Notes: generated by a model from the sequence alone, not told the origin. 64,000 nucleotides of DNA from Moniliella sp. 'wahieum' (GCA_003971905.1 RSEE01000025.1:372001-436000); one strand, 5' to 3'. Shown: positions 1 through 12,396, counted from the first letter of the stretch. Numbers and translations are program-made.

Positions 1-410
1 ACCTCAGCTTCAGGCCTCACTAGTCACTGCAGCTGAATGAGGATATAGCGCAACGTTAAGGGATCGATAAATTATCACCTGTGGGAGACGTCAGAACAAA
101 GCACTTGCACTTTTTTGGGACAGACAGAATACGTTGCTGGTGTCATTAATCATTGGCCAGCTGGGTGGGCTCCTTAGCCTTAGTACCCCGTGTATGGCAC
201 CTAAGATGCGATAATGTAAAAGGACAAATCATGCGGACCATTATGTCTGCAATAGTAATTCACTTCCCAAAAGAACTTCCACGAGAAAATGACTTCAGCA
301 GTGTAGACGATCATCCGCTTGCATGTGGTGGGGTGTGCAGCAGAGTGCGCGAGTGGGCTGTGCAGAAACAAGAGCACGAGATGGAAGGTTCGTGGGGTGG
401 GATGGGCCAG

Positions 411-2231
411 TCAAAGTAGATTGAAAAGGGACGATTGAGCTAGTAGAATTGGATGTTGTTGTTGCCCATGCGGAAATGGCGTCGGCAGGATGCCACTCTG
501 TTTTTGGTATCTGGAATGGGCGTACTGCTCCTTGTCAAGCCCGACTCCGACTCTGAAGCGATGGGGGGGAGATACTATGGTTTCTTCTTGGCGGTTGGGG
601 AGAGGGAGGGGAGAGACTTGGGTGGGGGAAAGAGAACCATCATCATGGTCAAGTCTTGGGGGAAAGCCCGAGATGGATGAGGCGTCCGAGCTGTTTTGTT
701 GCCGTTTGTGCTGGCCCTTTTTGCCCTGCGCCTCTATAGAGGCAGTCGACTTCTCATCTGAGTTTGCAGGGGAGGGTGCGAAGGCGTCCTTGTTTCCAAT
801 TTCACTTGAGCTTGTTGGTTCATCGGGGGCCGGGAAGACACGAGCCGCAGGGGGGGTACCCCCATGCCTTCCCCAGCTTTTTCTTGGTTCCATTGGCAAA
901 CCTTGCTTCCCAGTCCCGTCCTGGCTCACCGGGCGCCCTTGCATCATGATCGGCGACGCGCCGTTTGGCATCAGTAACGAAGTCGTCGAGTTTCCGTTGC
1001 TCGGACTCATCAGCACATCGCCGTGCTGGTGACGGCAAATTAGATCGGCCATGCCCTTGAGTTTTTCGATCCCAGCCGAGGAAGCCAAGTTCGGATGCTG
1101 GGCACGGAGAGTGCACAAGTTGCGCACATATTCGACAATGTCACTAGCTGACACGCCAGCCTTAGGTACCTGGCGTGCCTTGGCATGCCGTTCCTTACAG
1201 TCTTGCAGTAAACACCCGTGTTGGTCTATACTCGATGTTAAGGGTGGCAGGTTGCAGAGCCAAGGATGGGCCAATGCCTCGACAGCCGTCATGCGCTTGG
1301 AGCCTTTGCAGAGACACCTGCGTATGAAATCCTTGGCAGTATCGCTGATGCCCGACCAGTATTCGGGCTCGAACTCAAAATGCATCGCGACAATCTGGCG
1401 AAAGAGACCCGGCTGGTCGGGAGCATAAAACGGGGTGTAGCCAGCCAAAAGGCAGTAAGTCACCACGCCAGCGGACCAAATATCAACCTCGGGCCCATAT
1501 CCTGCACCAAGAAGCACCTCCGGTGCTACGTACTGCGGGCTGCCACATGCAGTGAGCAACAGGCCGTCACCCGGGATGAAGCGGGAAAGACCAAAGTCGC
1601 TAATAGCAATGTTGCTTGGCTCCTGGCGGGTACGAAGAAGAATGTTCTCAGGTTTAATGCGATGGATGATGCCGTGTTGGTGGAGATAGGCAATCGCTTC
1701 AAACATCTGACGAGTAATGTGTCGTGCGTCAAGCTCAGCGTAGTGGACTTTCTCCACCAGGCGGTCAAAAAGTTCTCCGCCGCGGCAGTAGTCCGTCACC
1801 AAAAATACTGCTTCCCTTGTCTCGTAAATGTCATAAAGGCGGATGATGTTGGGGTGGCAGACGCTTTGGAGGATACGGATTTCATCCATGAGCATGCGCT
1901 TGCAGGAGAGAGAGGAAGGAAGAGTCAGGCGGAGGCGCCAAATGCTGGATAGAGAGTGGAGCGGGGAGATAACAGGGGGAGTCGACAGGGAAGGACATAC
2001 CTCATTCTTGTCGTTAAGAGGCCGTTTTGCAATGACCTTCATGGCGCGTTCCTCGCCTGTGGCACGCACGACAACCCGGCGGACCACGGCAAAGCTGCCT
2101 CGTCCCAGAACACCGAACTGGACTTGGTACTTCTCAGTGAGTGCAACAGGCGCGGCTGGTCCGCCGTCGGGCCCAGTTTCGTTGAACCACGTCTGGAAGG
2201 CGGAGGAGATGGGAGGGTCCGATCGCGGCAT
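411..2231 (-). CDS. Ca2+/calmodulin-dependent (CaMK1-like) Ser/Thr protein kinase with a disordered C-terminal tail
   Basis: Kinase motifs LGRGSFAVV, AMKVI, GGELFDRL, DFGLSRF, TACGSPQYVAPE, DIWSAGV, HPWL. Likely start MPRSDPP at 2231. Intron GTATGT..AG at 2000-1899. The catalytic loop reads HRIKPEN (Asp missing). Confidence 0.9.
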   Translation of the reverse strand: MPRSDPPISSAFQTWFNETGPDGGPAAPVALTEKYQVQFGVLGRGSFAVVRRVVVRATGEERAMKVIAKRPLNDKNEVCPSLSTPPVISPLHSLSSIWRLRLTLPSSLSCKRMLMDEIRILQSVCHPNIIRLYDIYETREAVFLVTDYCRGGELFDRLVEKVHYAELDARHITRQMFEAIAYLHQHGIIHRIKPENILLRTRQEPSNIAISDFGLSRFIPGDGLLLTACGSPQYVAPEVLLGAGYGPEVDIWSAGVVTYCLLAGYTPFYAPDQPGLFRQIVAMHFEFEPEYWSGISDTAKDFIRRCLCKGSKRMTAVEALAHPWLCNLPPLTSSIDQHGCLLQDCKERHAKARQVPKAGVSASDIVEYVRNLCTLRAQHPNLASSAGIEKLKGMADLICRHQHGDVLMSPSNGNSTTSLLMPNGASPIMMQGRPVSQDGTGKQGLPMEPRKSWGRHGGTPPAARVFPAPDEPTSSSEIGNKDAFAPSPANSDEKSTASIEAQGKKGQHKRQQNSSDASSISGFPPRLDHDDGSLSPTQVSPLPLPNRQEETIVSPPHRFRVGVGLDKEQYAHSRYQKQSGILPTPFPHGQQQHPILLAQSSLFNLL

Positions 2232-2707
2232 GGCGGCAGGGAAGAGTAGACCGAGGGAGGAAGGAAAGAAGGAAGAGGTGGCGCAGGGGCGAGTGCTGGC
2301 GGAGGGAGGGACTAGTGCGGGCGGGAAGACGAGAGAGGCGCGGTGGAATGGGGGCGTGGCAGGTGAAGCTACGAAGAGAGATGGTATGACCTCATCGACA
2401 TTGATCGATGATCGATGATCATTGATCATTTCGATCAGTGGTGGCTGATGGTGCTGTTGAAGCCGATGATCGATGATCGAGATGCACGCAGGGTCACTGA
2501 TTCGATTGAGGCCATGTAGGTGTGACATCATTTGAGGTTCAACTTTCAAATGTTGGCGTTTCCAATCGGCTGGCCGGGTTGGCTGGACACCGAGATCGCT
2601 AAACGATCACGCTTCAACCAACGCCTGGCGTCCCCCCCCGCCCGCTCTCGCTGCATCTGCATCCCCCCGCCCCCACGATCATCGCAACACTTTGCCATTC
2701 TCCTCGT

Positions 2708-4386
2708 CTATGCATCCAAGCCAATAAGCTCCTCCGTCGCCGCCGTCCCCCACACATCCCCTGCACGCTCAGCAACCACCTGGTACACCTCGAAGTGGTG
2801 GTTGACAGACGCCTTTTCGTGGATCGCGTATGGGCCACCCGCTTCTCCGCCGCTTGGCCGCTCTGCGTCCGGCTCGGCTGCTCCGCTTAGCCCCCACTGT
2901 GTGGAGATGGCCGCAAGAAGAAAACCTGCCGTACGCGACTGTGCACCACGCCATGGTGCAAAACGTACAGGGTTCGTGTGTCGTAAAGAGCCAGATTGGT
3001 CAGCAAGTAGTCTGCTCCGTTGCTCTCAGCCCGGCGAGGGCCATCCTCCGGGATCTCGGATGCCTTGCGCGCCTCGGCCACCCCGGATCACATTGAGCAC
3101 CGCATGTCGCAACGGATGCGCGCCGCCACCCGCGTGTCGTGCGCACTCGCCGACAGACCCCCATCATCCCTCTCCTCGAACACGGGGCACACAAAGGCAC
3201 CTACCGGTACTGCCCCTCTTCCTGGGCCGTTGAGCGGCCATAACCGCTTGGGAAACCCCATGGCGTACCCATGCCCTTCGTTCAGGATCAGACCAGAGTA
3301 ACTTTTCTGCTTGGCGATCTACCCACTTGTCCGTCCCAGCTCGGACCGACGTCGGCCATACGCGCTCCATTCGGCCAGACGCGCCTTATTGGGCGCTGTG
3401 GCTGGAATTGTTACGGAACGCAAGTTGTGCCTCATGAACCAAGGTGCATGCTCCTGTAAGCTGGATAGGATCTCGTTTCGGCCAGCCCCTGGACGATCAA
3501 GGCCGATCACAATATCGAGGAACCCGCGTTCTTGCGACGGACGCACCATCTTCAAGTGGCGTGAAGATTCCCATCCATCTTGTGGCGAAGATGCTCCCAA
3601 CATATTTCCAATTGACCGAGTAAATGCGTGACTACTCCACTCAAATTGGCCGGCACAGTCACAATCCACGCCTGCCTCAGTGGCACGGGCATCGTATTTG
3701 GGTCCTGTGCAGCGGTTATCGCCAAAGTTGGAGTGAGTCCCAATCCAGATGGGAGACTTCCCCCTCCTTGTCTCGCCCACGTCCGCTGATTTCACATCTT
3801 CGTTTTCAATCGAAGCGCCGGGACTAGAGGGGCAGCTCTGCTCGCCGCCAAGGGCCGCCAGCGCTGCCAGTTCACTTTCTTCGGTAGGCGGAGGCGAAGC
3901 ACGGTCGTGGTCAGGTGGTTCCCACCACATTCTCCCGACACCATAAGAAATACACAGTTCCTCCCCCGCAGCGATGGGTCTGGCGGTAGTGAAGGAAATG
4001 GTGTTTTGCTCCATGTTGCGCCGCCAGGAAACATTGGGCTGAGTGTGGTGATTAAAAAGAGAGCCCATTCCGAGAGCAAGGGCCATGTCCGACTTGCCCC
4101 CGGCTCGTTTAGACCAGATAAAGGTGTACGAGTCGAGCTGGGTGTACCGCCCATGTTCGTCATACTCGTCGCCATCAAAAAGAAGGATCGGGCTGATCTC
4201 GACGGTTGTGCCGGCTGGCAAAGGACGCGAAGCGTACACGCCGCGACCCGAGGTGGGCGAGGTAAGGACGACGAGGCCATGCCGGTTCATGTGCGGAGTG
4301 CGGGGAAGAGATGGAAGCACCGCCTGGGCCTGGTCTGGCACAGGCTCCAGCCCTGGCTCGGGCGTGGACGCGCGGGCAGGCGCCAT
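2708..4386 (-). CDS. TAD3: SET domain fused to tRNA adenosine-34 deaminase subunit Tad3/ADAT3 (frameshifted in the assembly)
   Basis: SET motifs GRGVYA, SLFNH..PNV, GEELCISYG. These are followed by Tad3 N-domain-like HLKMVR and P..P....EW..YWP, then, across frameshifts, HPLRHAVLN (~3090-3118), YLLTNL, HEPCTFCTMA.VHSRV (~2935-2978) and IHEKASVNHHFEVY. Stop at 2708-2710. Confidence 0.8.
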
Positions 4387-4800
4387 TGGTGGTGGTCAGG
4401 CTGGGCGGCGCACCCAGGAGGAGCGGACAAGCAAAAGAGGACAAATTTGGCTCCCCAAAGAAACATTTCAAAGCCGAAGGACGACGCCACGTGACACTAT
4501 GATCACCGGTCATAACACTTCGGTGATCTTTAGTCGTTGATTGTCAGCTGCTCTGCGCTTACCTCAGCTGGGCATGAAGCATTGCAATTTTGCCATAGTC
4601 GTGTGGCCAGCCGAGGACGTTTTGTGGAGCACTGGCCCCACGCCACCCGTTGCGGGGGTCAGGCTGACCTAAGGCCCAGTAAAATAGGATCCGACAGAGT
4701 GTGATTCAGCGGTGATGTGCGCGACTTCTTCTCTTCCTGCTGTTTCGTCTTCTGCCCGCGGCAAGGAAGTTCGCACGGCACCCACACCACACCGCACTCG

Positions 4801-6260
4801 ATGCCGCTGTGCCCGCCCTGGCCCGCCTCTCGCTCGGCGGCGTGCCCGCGGCGCGTGCCTTCTCCACCACCGCTGTCGGCGCCGCGCCGCGTCCCCCCAG
4901 CTCCCGCCCTCGGCGCGAGAAGCAGCTGCGGCCGCTGCGTGTGTACCCCGTCTTTGAGGAGTGGATCGAGTCGGCGGATGCGGAGCGCTACAAGTTCCCC
5001 CAGGGCCGCGGGCCCCACTGGCTCGGGCGCACCCCCTTCCACTCAACCCGGCTTTCAACCCACCCCCGCCTCTTGGTCAACGCACCCGCACGGAGATGTG
5101 GGACAAGCACCGCAAGGCCCGTCACTTACTCCATCCGCGGCCTCGCCTACATGTACAACCCCCCTCGACCGTGTCACTGCCATTCTGCGCCTCAAGGCTC
5201 TCGAGCAAGAGATGAAGTTTGAGGTGCGTGTCCTTCTCTCGGGTTGCTCTGCCTACTGACACACATGATCTGGTAGGGCCATGCGCTTCAGACCGAATTT
5301 GAAAAGGGTATGGAATACTCGCTCGGGGCAATGGACAAGAAGCCCCATTACCAGATTGAAAAGACCTCAACGCCAAGACCATTACCGGTCCAGAAAGCCT
5401 ACCATCGGAGGTCTTGGAGGAGTCGACGGACCCACCGCGGATCAAGCCACCGCTGTACGAGAACCACCCCGACGATGGTTCTCTCGAGTCGGTCTTGGGC
5501 CCGGCCATGAAGCGTGCGACGAAGCATAGCCGGCAGCAGCGCGCTGATTTGCCTTCTTTTGGTCCCGACCTGGCGACGGAATCCAACGAGCGTCTCTTCC
5601 GCTCGGCTCACCCCGACCGTTATGCCATCAACTTTAAGGACTTTGGCGGTGACTCGTATCTCATGGCCGGTGAGTCGTGCGGGCAATGCGGCACCAGATT
5701 CACAATATGAACTTCCGCAAGGAGCGCATCCGCACTAACAGCTTTACACGGCTGAACCTCAATACGACGAGGAGGGCAACGAAATCATCCCTGTCACAGC
5801 CGCCGACGGCATCCCTCGTGCCGGTGACCGTGGCTGGACAGTGTTGCAGCGCAAGTTTGAAGCGAGTAAGAAGGTGCGCAAGGCCAAGCTTGCCGTGCGC
5901 TACGAGCGCAAGGGTCGTCGTCTCACCATCGACCGCCGGCACCGGGCCAAGTGGGCGGCCTTGCGTCTTGCTGGTAGTCTCAACCGCCATTTCCGCTGGA
6001 GGTTTGGGAAGCATGTCACCAAGAGGGATTCGACCTCACCAAGGCACTCCCGGACCACCTCGACAAGATGCTCATCCTCAAGGCTCTCGACGGCGCCCCC
6101 GCGGTGCGCGAAGAGGCGATCAAGCAACTGGCCGGAGCCAAGCCTCTGCTGGAGAAGGCGATCAAGGAGCACGAAGAGCGACTGGCTCTGCGGCAGCCAA
6201 GAAGGCCAAGGCGCGCCACCCACCCAGGAGAAACCAAAAGAGACTGCCGAGTCTGCATAA
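4801..6260 (+). CDS. MRPS35: Mitochondrial ribosomal small-subunit protein mS45 (Bot1p/Mrps35 family), frameshifted
   Basis: Presequence-like N-terminus (ARAFSTTA); PLNPAFNPPPPL; SIRGLAYMY and RVTAILRLKALE, typical of the Bot1p domain. Intron 5224-5276 (GTGCGT..CTGAC..TAG). The 3' end is uncertain. Confidence 0.7.
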
Positions 6261-6399
6261 CCCTTCGTTCTGTTTGGTTGTCTGCTGTCCCGGCCTGTTG
6301 GGACAACCATGTGCAGAATGTCTGCAACCACACTATGCACGCTATAGTATACTCGCTGCTGGTACCATAGTTCTTTTTCCCATTTTTCATCCGCGCAAC

Positions 6400-8722
6400 C
6401 TAGATGTCCCATTCTTCCTCTTCTTCCCAATCCTCGTCGTCGTCGCGCCCACTCTCAGCCGGGCATCCGGAGCAAAGGCTTGCTCGTACCCTTCGGGCAG
6501 ACCTGCCTCGTATGCCTCCAGTGCGCGCTCGAGGTGTTCATGCACTTCCTTGAGGCCATCCCGCCCGCCCACAATGCCTTCTTCGGCGCCTGTGCCCAGT
6601 CCGTACTGCCCCAACAAGGCTTCAGGACGATTGCTGGCAGCCTTCACAACCGATTGGGCACAACGGAGCATGTATGCCGTCGGCGCCGGAGCTGTAGTGA
6701 GTCCGCTGGCCATTGGAACTGACTGAGGCTGTGCCCGTTCGTCTGCACAGCTGCTTGGGGGGCCATAAGCTTCGCCAGCGCTGCCGGGTCCGACAGGTCA
6801 ATGTTTTTAGGAACGTCCATCACCCCAAATGGCGCGGCTGAATTGACGGAGGCTTGAGCGGGGCGCCGGAACGATCCAGACCACTGAAGATGGCAGGGAA
6901 GCCTTTGGATACATGCCAGTCGGTGGCCAAGCCCACGTAAGAGGAGAACGGTTCTTGCAGCACTTCTCGCTCACCGGACGAAGCAAGATGGCGCAATGCA
7001 TAGATCGCCCGTTCCGTTCTGGTGTACGGGCATCGCGGATGACGAAACTCTGGGAGAAAGGGAGAGCAGTGGTAGCGAGTTCGTTGGCCTTGGATCCATC
7101 GGGAGCACGGAGTAAACCATTGCTCATATCGATCCAATGAGGGCGGAGATGCTGGGCGGCACGCTCTGCCTGCCGCTGAGCTGCCACGTGCGGGGGTAGG
7201 CGCTCAGCCTCATACTGCGCCTCCTTACTGCTTCCCAACCCACGCCGGGCACGGAATTCAGCCAGAGCAGCCTCGACTGGGTCGTTGAGGGCCGCAACTC
7301 GTTTGTCCACAGGTAGGGCGGGCATCGGCATCGCTCCCGCCAAGTTGGCTAGGTGAGTATCCTGACGCCAATTGATCCGAGCCACCAAAGACCCGGCGGA
7401 TGCAGCCCCCACGTTGGAGGAGAACAAACGGGTAGGCAAGGTCGCCGTTTCGAGTGAGCCGCGAGTAAAGAAGCAACGTCGAACATGCTGTTGGGATGGT
7501 AGAATCCCAGTGAATCCTCCTTCACGGTGGGCGGTAACAACGGGGTAAAGACCCCATTCTCGTGCGCGGCCAACATACCCAGTGTAAGGGCAAAGTTATC
7601 GAGCGGGTCATTCCACGACGCAGGGCCCATGGACTCAGTTGATCAATGTCAAAGAGTGTTGCGGGGGTCATACCAAACCGCCAAGGAAGGCGCCAAGTAG
7701 CTCCCCAGCCCATCACAGGCACTTTGGCATATTCGTCGGAAATGTGTTCCATGTAAGCATAAGATAGACCACTGAAGGCGTCAGTGGTGGTGGTTGTCAT
7801 ATTGAATGCCTGGGGGGGTGTAAGAGTCAGCTAAACTCATTCAAAGGAAGGGGGTCGCATACCTGGAGAGAATCGCTGTCTTCGGCCAACCAACGGACTC
7901 GATCCTCAAACACATCGTTTTCGGCGTCCATGTCCTTGGCCACGGCGTAGCCTGCCTCGAACCCATTCATAACCAGAGCCCCCGAGTCATCCTCCTCCTC
8001 GTCCTCATCACTCTCTGCGCCCTGGGATAGTGAGGAACGACAGACTCGGCGGATTTGGCGAGCAGTAGAGCCAGCCATAGAGGAGCACGAGCCTTGCATC
8101 GCTCCCCCTTTCACGGCCACCACTGACTTGGGGTGGAGATAAAACTGTTGGTAATCTGACCAGAGCAAATCTGGCGCTCGGCGTTTTCGTGATCGTGTCA
8201 CTGCAGCGGGTAGAGTTTCCCTCCCCTCCATCATCTTCCTCCCCGCGTTCCGTCATCAGGATCGAAGTCGAGGTCATATTGTTCAGGAACTCTGCGCAGC
8301 TGGCGCGGCACGGGAGAATGCTCCAACTCGTCGTTGCTCGGAAGAAAGGTACGGAAGTCAGGGACAGTGTCAAATAGTTCAGCGCCGATGGCAGCACTTG
8401 CGTTGTGATCGTCCAAGAGCGAATCCTTTTCGCCTGGGCCCACTCGGCCGCGGCTCGACAAGATCATCATCGTAGTGACGCCCGTGCGCTGTGACAATGA
8501 TCCGATCTGATCCTGAACGTCGAATAAGATTGCGCGCGGGTAGAGCTGGGGCGCAGAATCCAGCCCTGTGCTAAAACTGGGGCCCTCGGCGAGAGCGACA
8601 GCCGAGTCGACGATCTCATCGTCCTGGGAGCCGAGGTAAGCGGCCTGCTCGTTAAAGAAGGATGTGGTGATGTGGTTGGCGAACGTGCCAAACGAAAGGT
8701 AGATGGTCTCGTGCGTCGGCAT
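6400..8722 (-). CDS. DML1: Misato/DML1 tubulin-like protein (mitochondrial inheritance), frameshifted
   Basis: N-terminus MPTHETIYLSFGTFANHITTSFFNEQ; YPRAILFD; LWSDYQQFYLHPKS; VFEDRVRWLAEDSDSLQ|G; DAFSG. Intron ~7810-7862. Acidic C-terminus ending WDI*. Confidence 0.85.
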
Positions 8723-8933
8723 GGTGTGGATCCCAGCGCGTGAGCCCCAAAGTGGAGGAAGGAGGAAGGCCGTCGATAGGATTGGCGGAGCGCAACGGGG
8801 GTTCTTGAAAGAAGCGGACAATAGAAATTTTGCCCAGCTCAAAACTAAGCTTCAAGCTTCAATGCATCAGACACGTTCAACAGCGCTTTCAATCAGGGAC
8901 CACCACCACCACCACCATTGCCTCTCTGGTACG

Positions 8934-11900
8934 ATGGGCGACGTGTCCATCGATGCTGGCGCACGTCAAGCGCTCCTCACTGTCATCAAAGCAACATCTT
9001 CCAGCCCCGCTTGGCTGGATGAGGCGCGTAATCAACTAGATGAGTGGGAGACCAACCCTGGCTTCTGGCGGGTCCTGCTGGACATCTGCTTTGATCGCCA
9101 ACTCGTCTTGCCTGTCGAACTAGTGCCCGAAGTGGCGGCTTCTGCTGAGGCAATGCAGCGCGCCAGGCGAGTGTGCGGCTCTCGGGGATGATCCGCTTCA
9201 AGAACGGATTGAGCGCTTCTGGCGCATGCGCGTCGTCCGCCGCGTGACCATCACGATTTCTACGGAGGAGAAGGACGTGCTACGCAACATGCTCTGGCGC
9301 GCCCTCGACGAGCCCGATCGTGCCATCGCGCTCCAGGCCATCATCTCTATTGCTAAAATTGCTCGCCACGACTTCCCCCGCGCATGGCCCGACCTGTTTA
9401 CCCGGCTGCAAGAGTGCATTGTGGAGGCCCATGGCCAACTGAGCCTGCTCGGCCCCGAGCCCATTGCAGATCCCGAGGCCCCTGAACTGGCCTCGCGCCG
9501 CCAGCAGCATTCCCTCCGACTGCTGCGTTCGGTGGATACACTGCAGCGCACGTTTAAAGAACTCTCTACAGTCCGCATCATGGCAGGCAAGGTCAAGATG
9601 ACCGAGGTGTGTCCCCCTTCCCTCCCCTTCCCCCTCCCCTATCGTTACATGCCTCTTCCCTCCCCTTCCACCTCCTCCATCGCTACATGCCCGACTGTAT
9701 CCTGACTTGATTTTTCTCAGCTCGCCAACGCCCTGCTGCCGACGATCCAGCCCATGTTCTCCCAGTACTTTACCGAGACCTTCCCTGTAGCCGTCTTTGG
9801 TTCGGGCTCGCCCCAGCAAGTCGCTGCCTGGTCCCAAACACCAACCCGTGCGGCCCAAGTGCGCACGGCACACCTGTTCCTCAAGTCGCTTCGCTGGCTT
9901 GTCGTTTCTGACAGTGGCATGCTGAGTGCCCATGCGGTTGGCGCGCGCGCATCGGATGGCGCCGCATCGGTCAACTTGGCCCAGGCATTTATGCAGTCCA
10001 CCCCCCAGTTTCTCTCGACTCTCAGCGAGGCTAGGCGCCAGTACATTGCTGTCCTTCGATCTCAGGGAGCGGGTGGGGATTCGCTGCTGGCCTTGCTCAC
10101 CAAGCATCTGCTTGCTTTTGGCAAGATCTTCCTGGCCCTCCTTGCGCCCCCCCAGAGCAAAGCCGCCGCCTGGCCTGGCTGGATCGACATCGTGATGTGG
10201 TACTGGGGCCAAGCCCGCCAGGTCGCACTCACCTCGCCTCATCCCTCATTGACCAACGTAGATCCCAGTGCGTTGTCCGAAACGCCGTCCAAGTTTGTGG
10301 TACAAGCCTTGCTGCTGCTCAAGGAGAGCCTGGGACGATGGAACCATGACTTGCCGTCTGAGGTGAACAATGGAGAGTTTGTCACCGACGCTGTCCAGTT
10401 GCTGGTAAGCAAGCTGATGCTTCTCAGTCCGTCGGAACTCGAGGAGTGGCAAGCCGACCCGGAGGCTTGGCTCGTTGGCGAGGCTCAAAAGCAGAAGAGT
10501 TTACCCTCGAAATTCGTCCTTCGGCCGAACGGCTGCTGATGGTACTTGCCGACAAAACCAAGCCCAAGTACTTTGTTGGTAGACAGGTCCTGTCTCTCTT
10601 TGAGCAGTCGGTTTCTCTGGGTACCGACTTGAACTCGATTCTGACCCGGGATGCCATCTATGCCGCGTTGGGCCGGATGCGGGACTACCTCCCGATCGTC
10701 ATGCCGGGATGGGAACCCGACCCGGACGACGAAGCCGAGCTGATGTTTGATGTGTCCAAGGTAGTTAGTTCGAGGTTGATTCAAGAACTGTCCATCGGGC
10801 CCGAAGCTGGAGCATTGTGGGTGATTGTCCGACGGAGGATCACATGGGTGCTGGATACGTTTAGCGACTATGTGGGGGCAGCGGATCGGGTGGGGATGTA
10901 CCAGGTCTTGGTTGGGCTTTTGGGCGACGTGCCCGGCGTGACCGACTTGGCTGTCCGTCTCTCCTCGGCCCGCTGTCTTGGCTCCTGGGCCGACGCGCTC
11001 GAGTTCAACCCCCAGGACTTTCTGCCCTTTCTCGAGCCGGCCGTGCTGCGGCTTGTGGCCCTGGCCGCATCCGAGGAGCTGGCCGAGATGGATTCGGTGC
11101 AGGTGTGCACCAATGCGCTGTCCATGTTGATTGAACGGATGGGAGCACGGGTGGCACCTTTGCTCCCGCAGCTGGTTAGTGTCGTTCCTCAGCTGTGGAA
11201 CCAACCTGACCCCGAGGTCAAGGTCAAGCCCGGTCTGCTTACCTTTGTTGGCAAACTGGTCCGGGCCGTGGAGCTGGTGTATGCTGGAGGCGGGATAGAT
11301 GCCCAGTTGGAGCCAGTCCACCTACTTGTCCGCGATCTGGTTCGCAGCAGCTTGGCGCCCGACTTGGCCGCCGAACTGGTCAAAGATGCCTTGCTGCTTT
11401 GGTTCCGGGCGGTGCACAGTGCGCCCCAGATGAGCGCACCGCTGTTTGATCTGCTGGCCTTGGCACCGTCGCTGCTGGAGAAGATTGATGAGGCACCGGA
11501 CACGTGCCGGATCATTGAGCAGTCGGCCCTGCTGGCGCCGCAGGAAGTGTTGCAAGCGCATGGGCTCGACATTTTCCGTGCGTTTTTTACCATCCTGTCC
11601 GACGCCCACTCGCCGGTTGTGCTGGCGCCACTCGGTACCATCGATCTCATGCTCCAGGCGGCGAGTGCGGCTGGGTGTGGAGTGGAAACGTGGTTGGGTC
11701 CGTTGCAGGAATCCAAATTGTTCGGCGTGCTGGTCGCCTCGTTCCTGCGCATTCGCGAAACCCATGTGGTGGCCTCAACGTTTGCCAGTACGCTGGCGCG
11801 GATTGTCGTGTTGATTCCTTCGCCCCAGCGCGTGCTTGCGTTGCAGTCGGTGGCGCCGCTGCTGGACATTGCCCCTACGGCGGATGCGGTGGGGGCAAAG

Positions 11901-12396
11901 TTGCTGGTACCGCTGCTGGACCAGACGAGCAAAACGTTTGAGCACACCTCTTCGGCCAAGAAACGCAAGCTGGGTGCGATGGTGTTGGCCGCGTGGCTGG
12001 AAGGCGTGGCAGATGCTCCGCCCAGCCCGGAGCTGGTCCAAGCCTTCTGTTCCCACCTGGCGCTCGTTGTGCCGATCTGGAGCGATGTGATGGGCGAAGT
12101 GCGGGAGCATCGGGGCGAGGCACAGGCCAGCTACCTGGCCCAGCTCACGTCCCCACTGAGCTCGGCGGGGTGAGCTGGAGGAGGACGAGGAGGACTGGTT
12201 GGAAGATACGAGTCCGGGCGCGGCGCGCCTGCGCAACTTGGCCGCGGCAGATACGGTGGTGGTGCAGACGGACTTGGTACAGTACCTGCGCTTTGCGCTT
12301 CAGCATGCCCAGGCCGCCTATCCCGAGCTGGTCCAGGCGGGGCTCAACGCGTTGGACCCTACGATGCTAGAGGTGTTGATGCAGGACCTCAATTAG
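8934..12396 (+). CDS. KAP120: Importin-11/Kap120-like karyopherin beta (HEAT repeats), frameshifted
   Basis: IBN_N-like start (QLDEWETNPGFW, FKNGIERFWR); IAKIARHDFPRAWPDLF; ELEEWQADPEAW; IRPSAERL; RDAIYAALG; VRRRITWV; DLAVRLSSA. Intron 9607-9720. Confidence 0.85.

Noticed and set aside
2232..2549. N-terminal extension of the kinase ORF in the ORF track
   Set aside because: It translates the GATC-rich promoter block and the pyrimidine-rich leader. The ATG at 2231 is the more plausible start.
12160..12200. Programmed frameshifting or stop readthrough at the importin C-terminus (and similar sites)
   Set aside because: Indistinguishable from the window-wide indel errors, and it falls at a G homopolymer.
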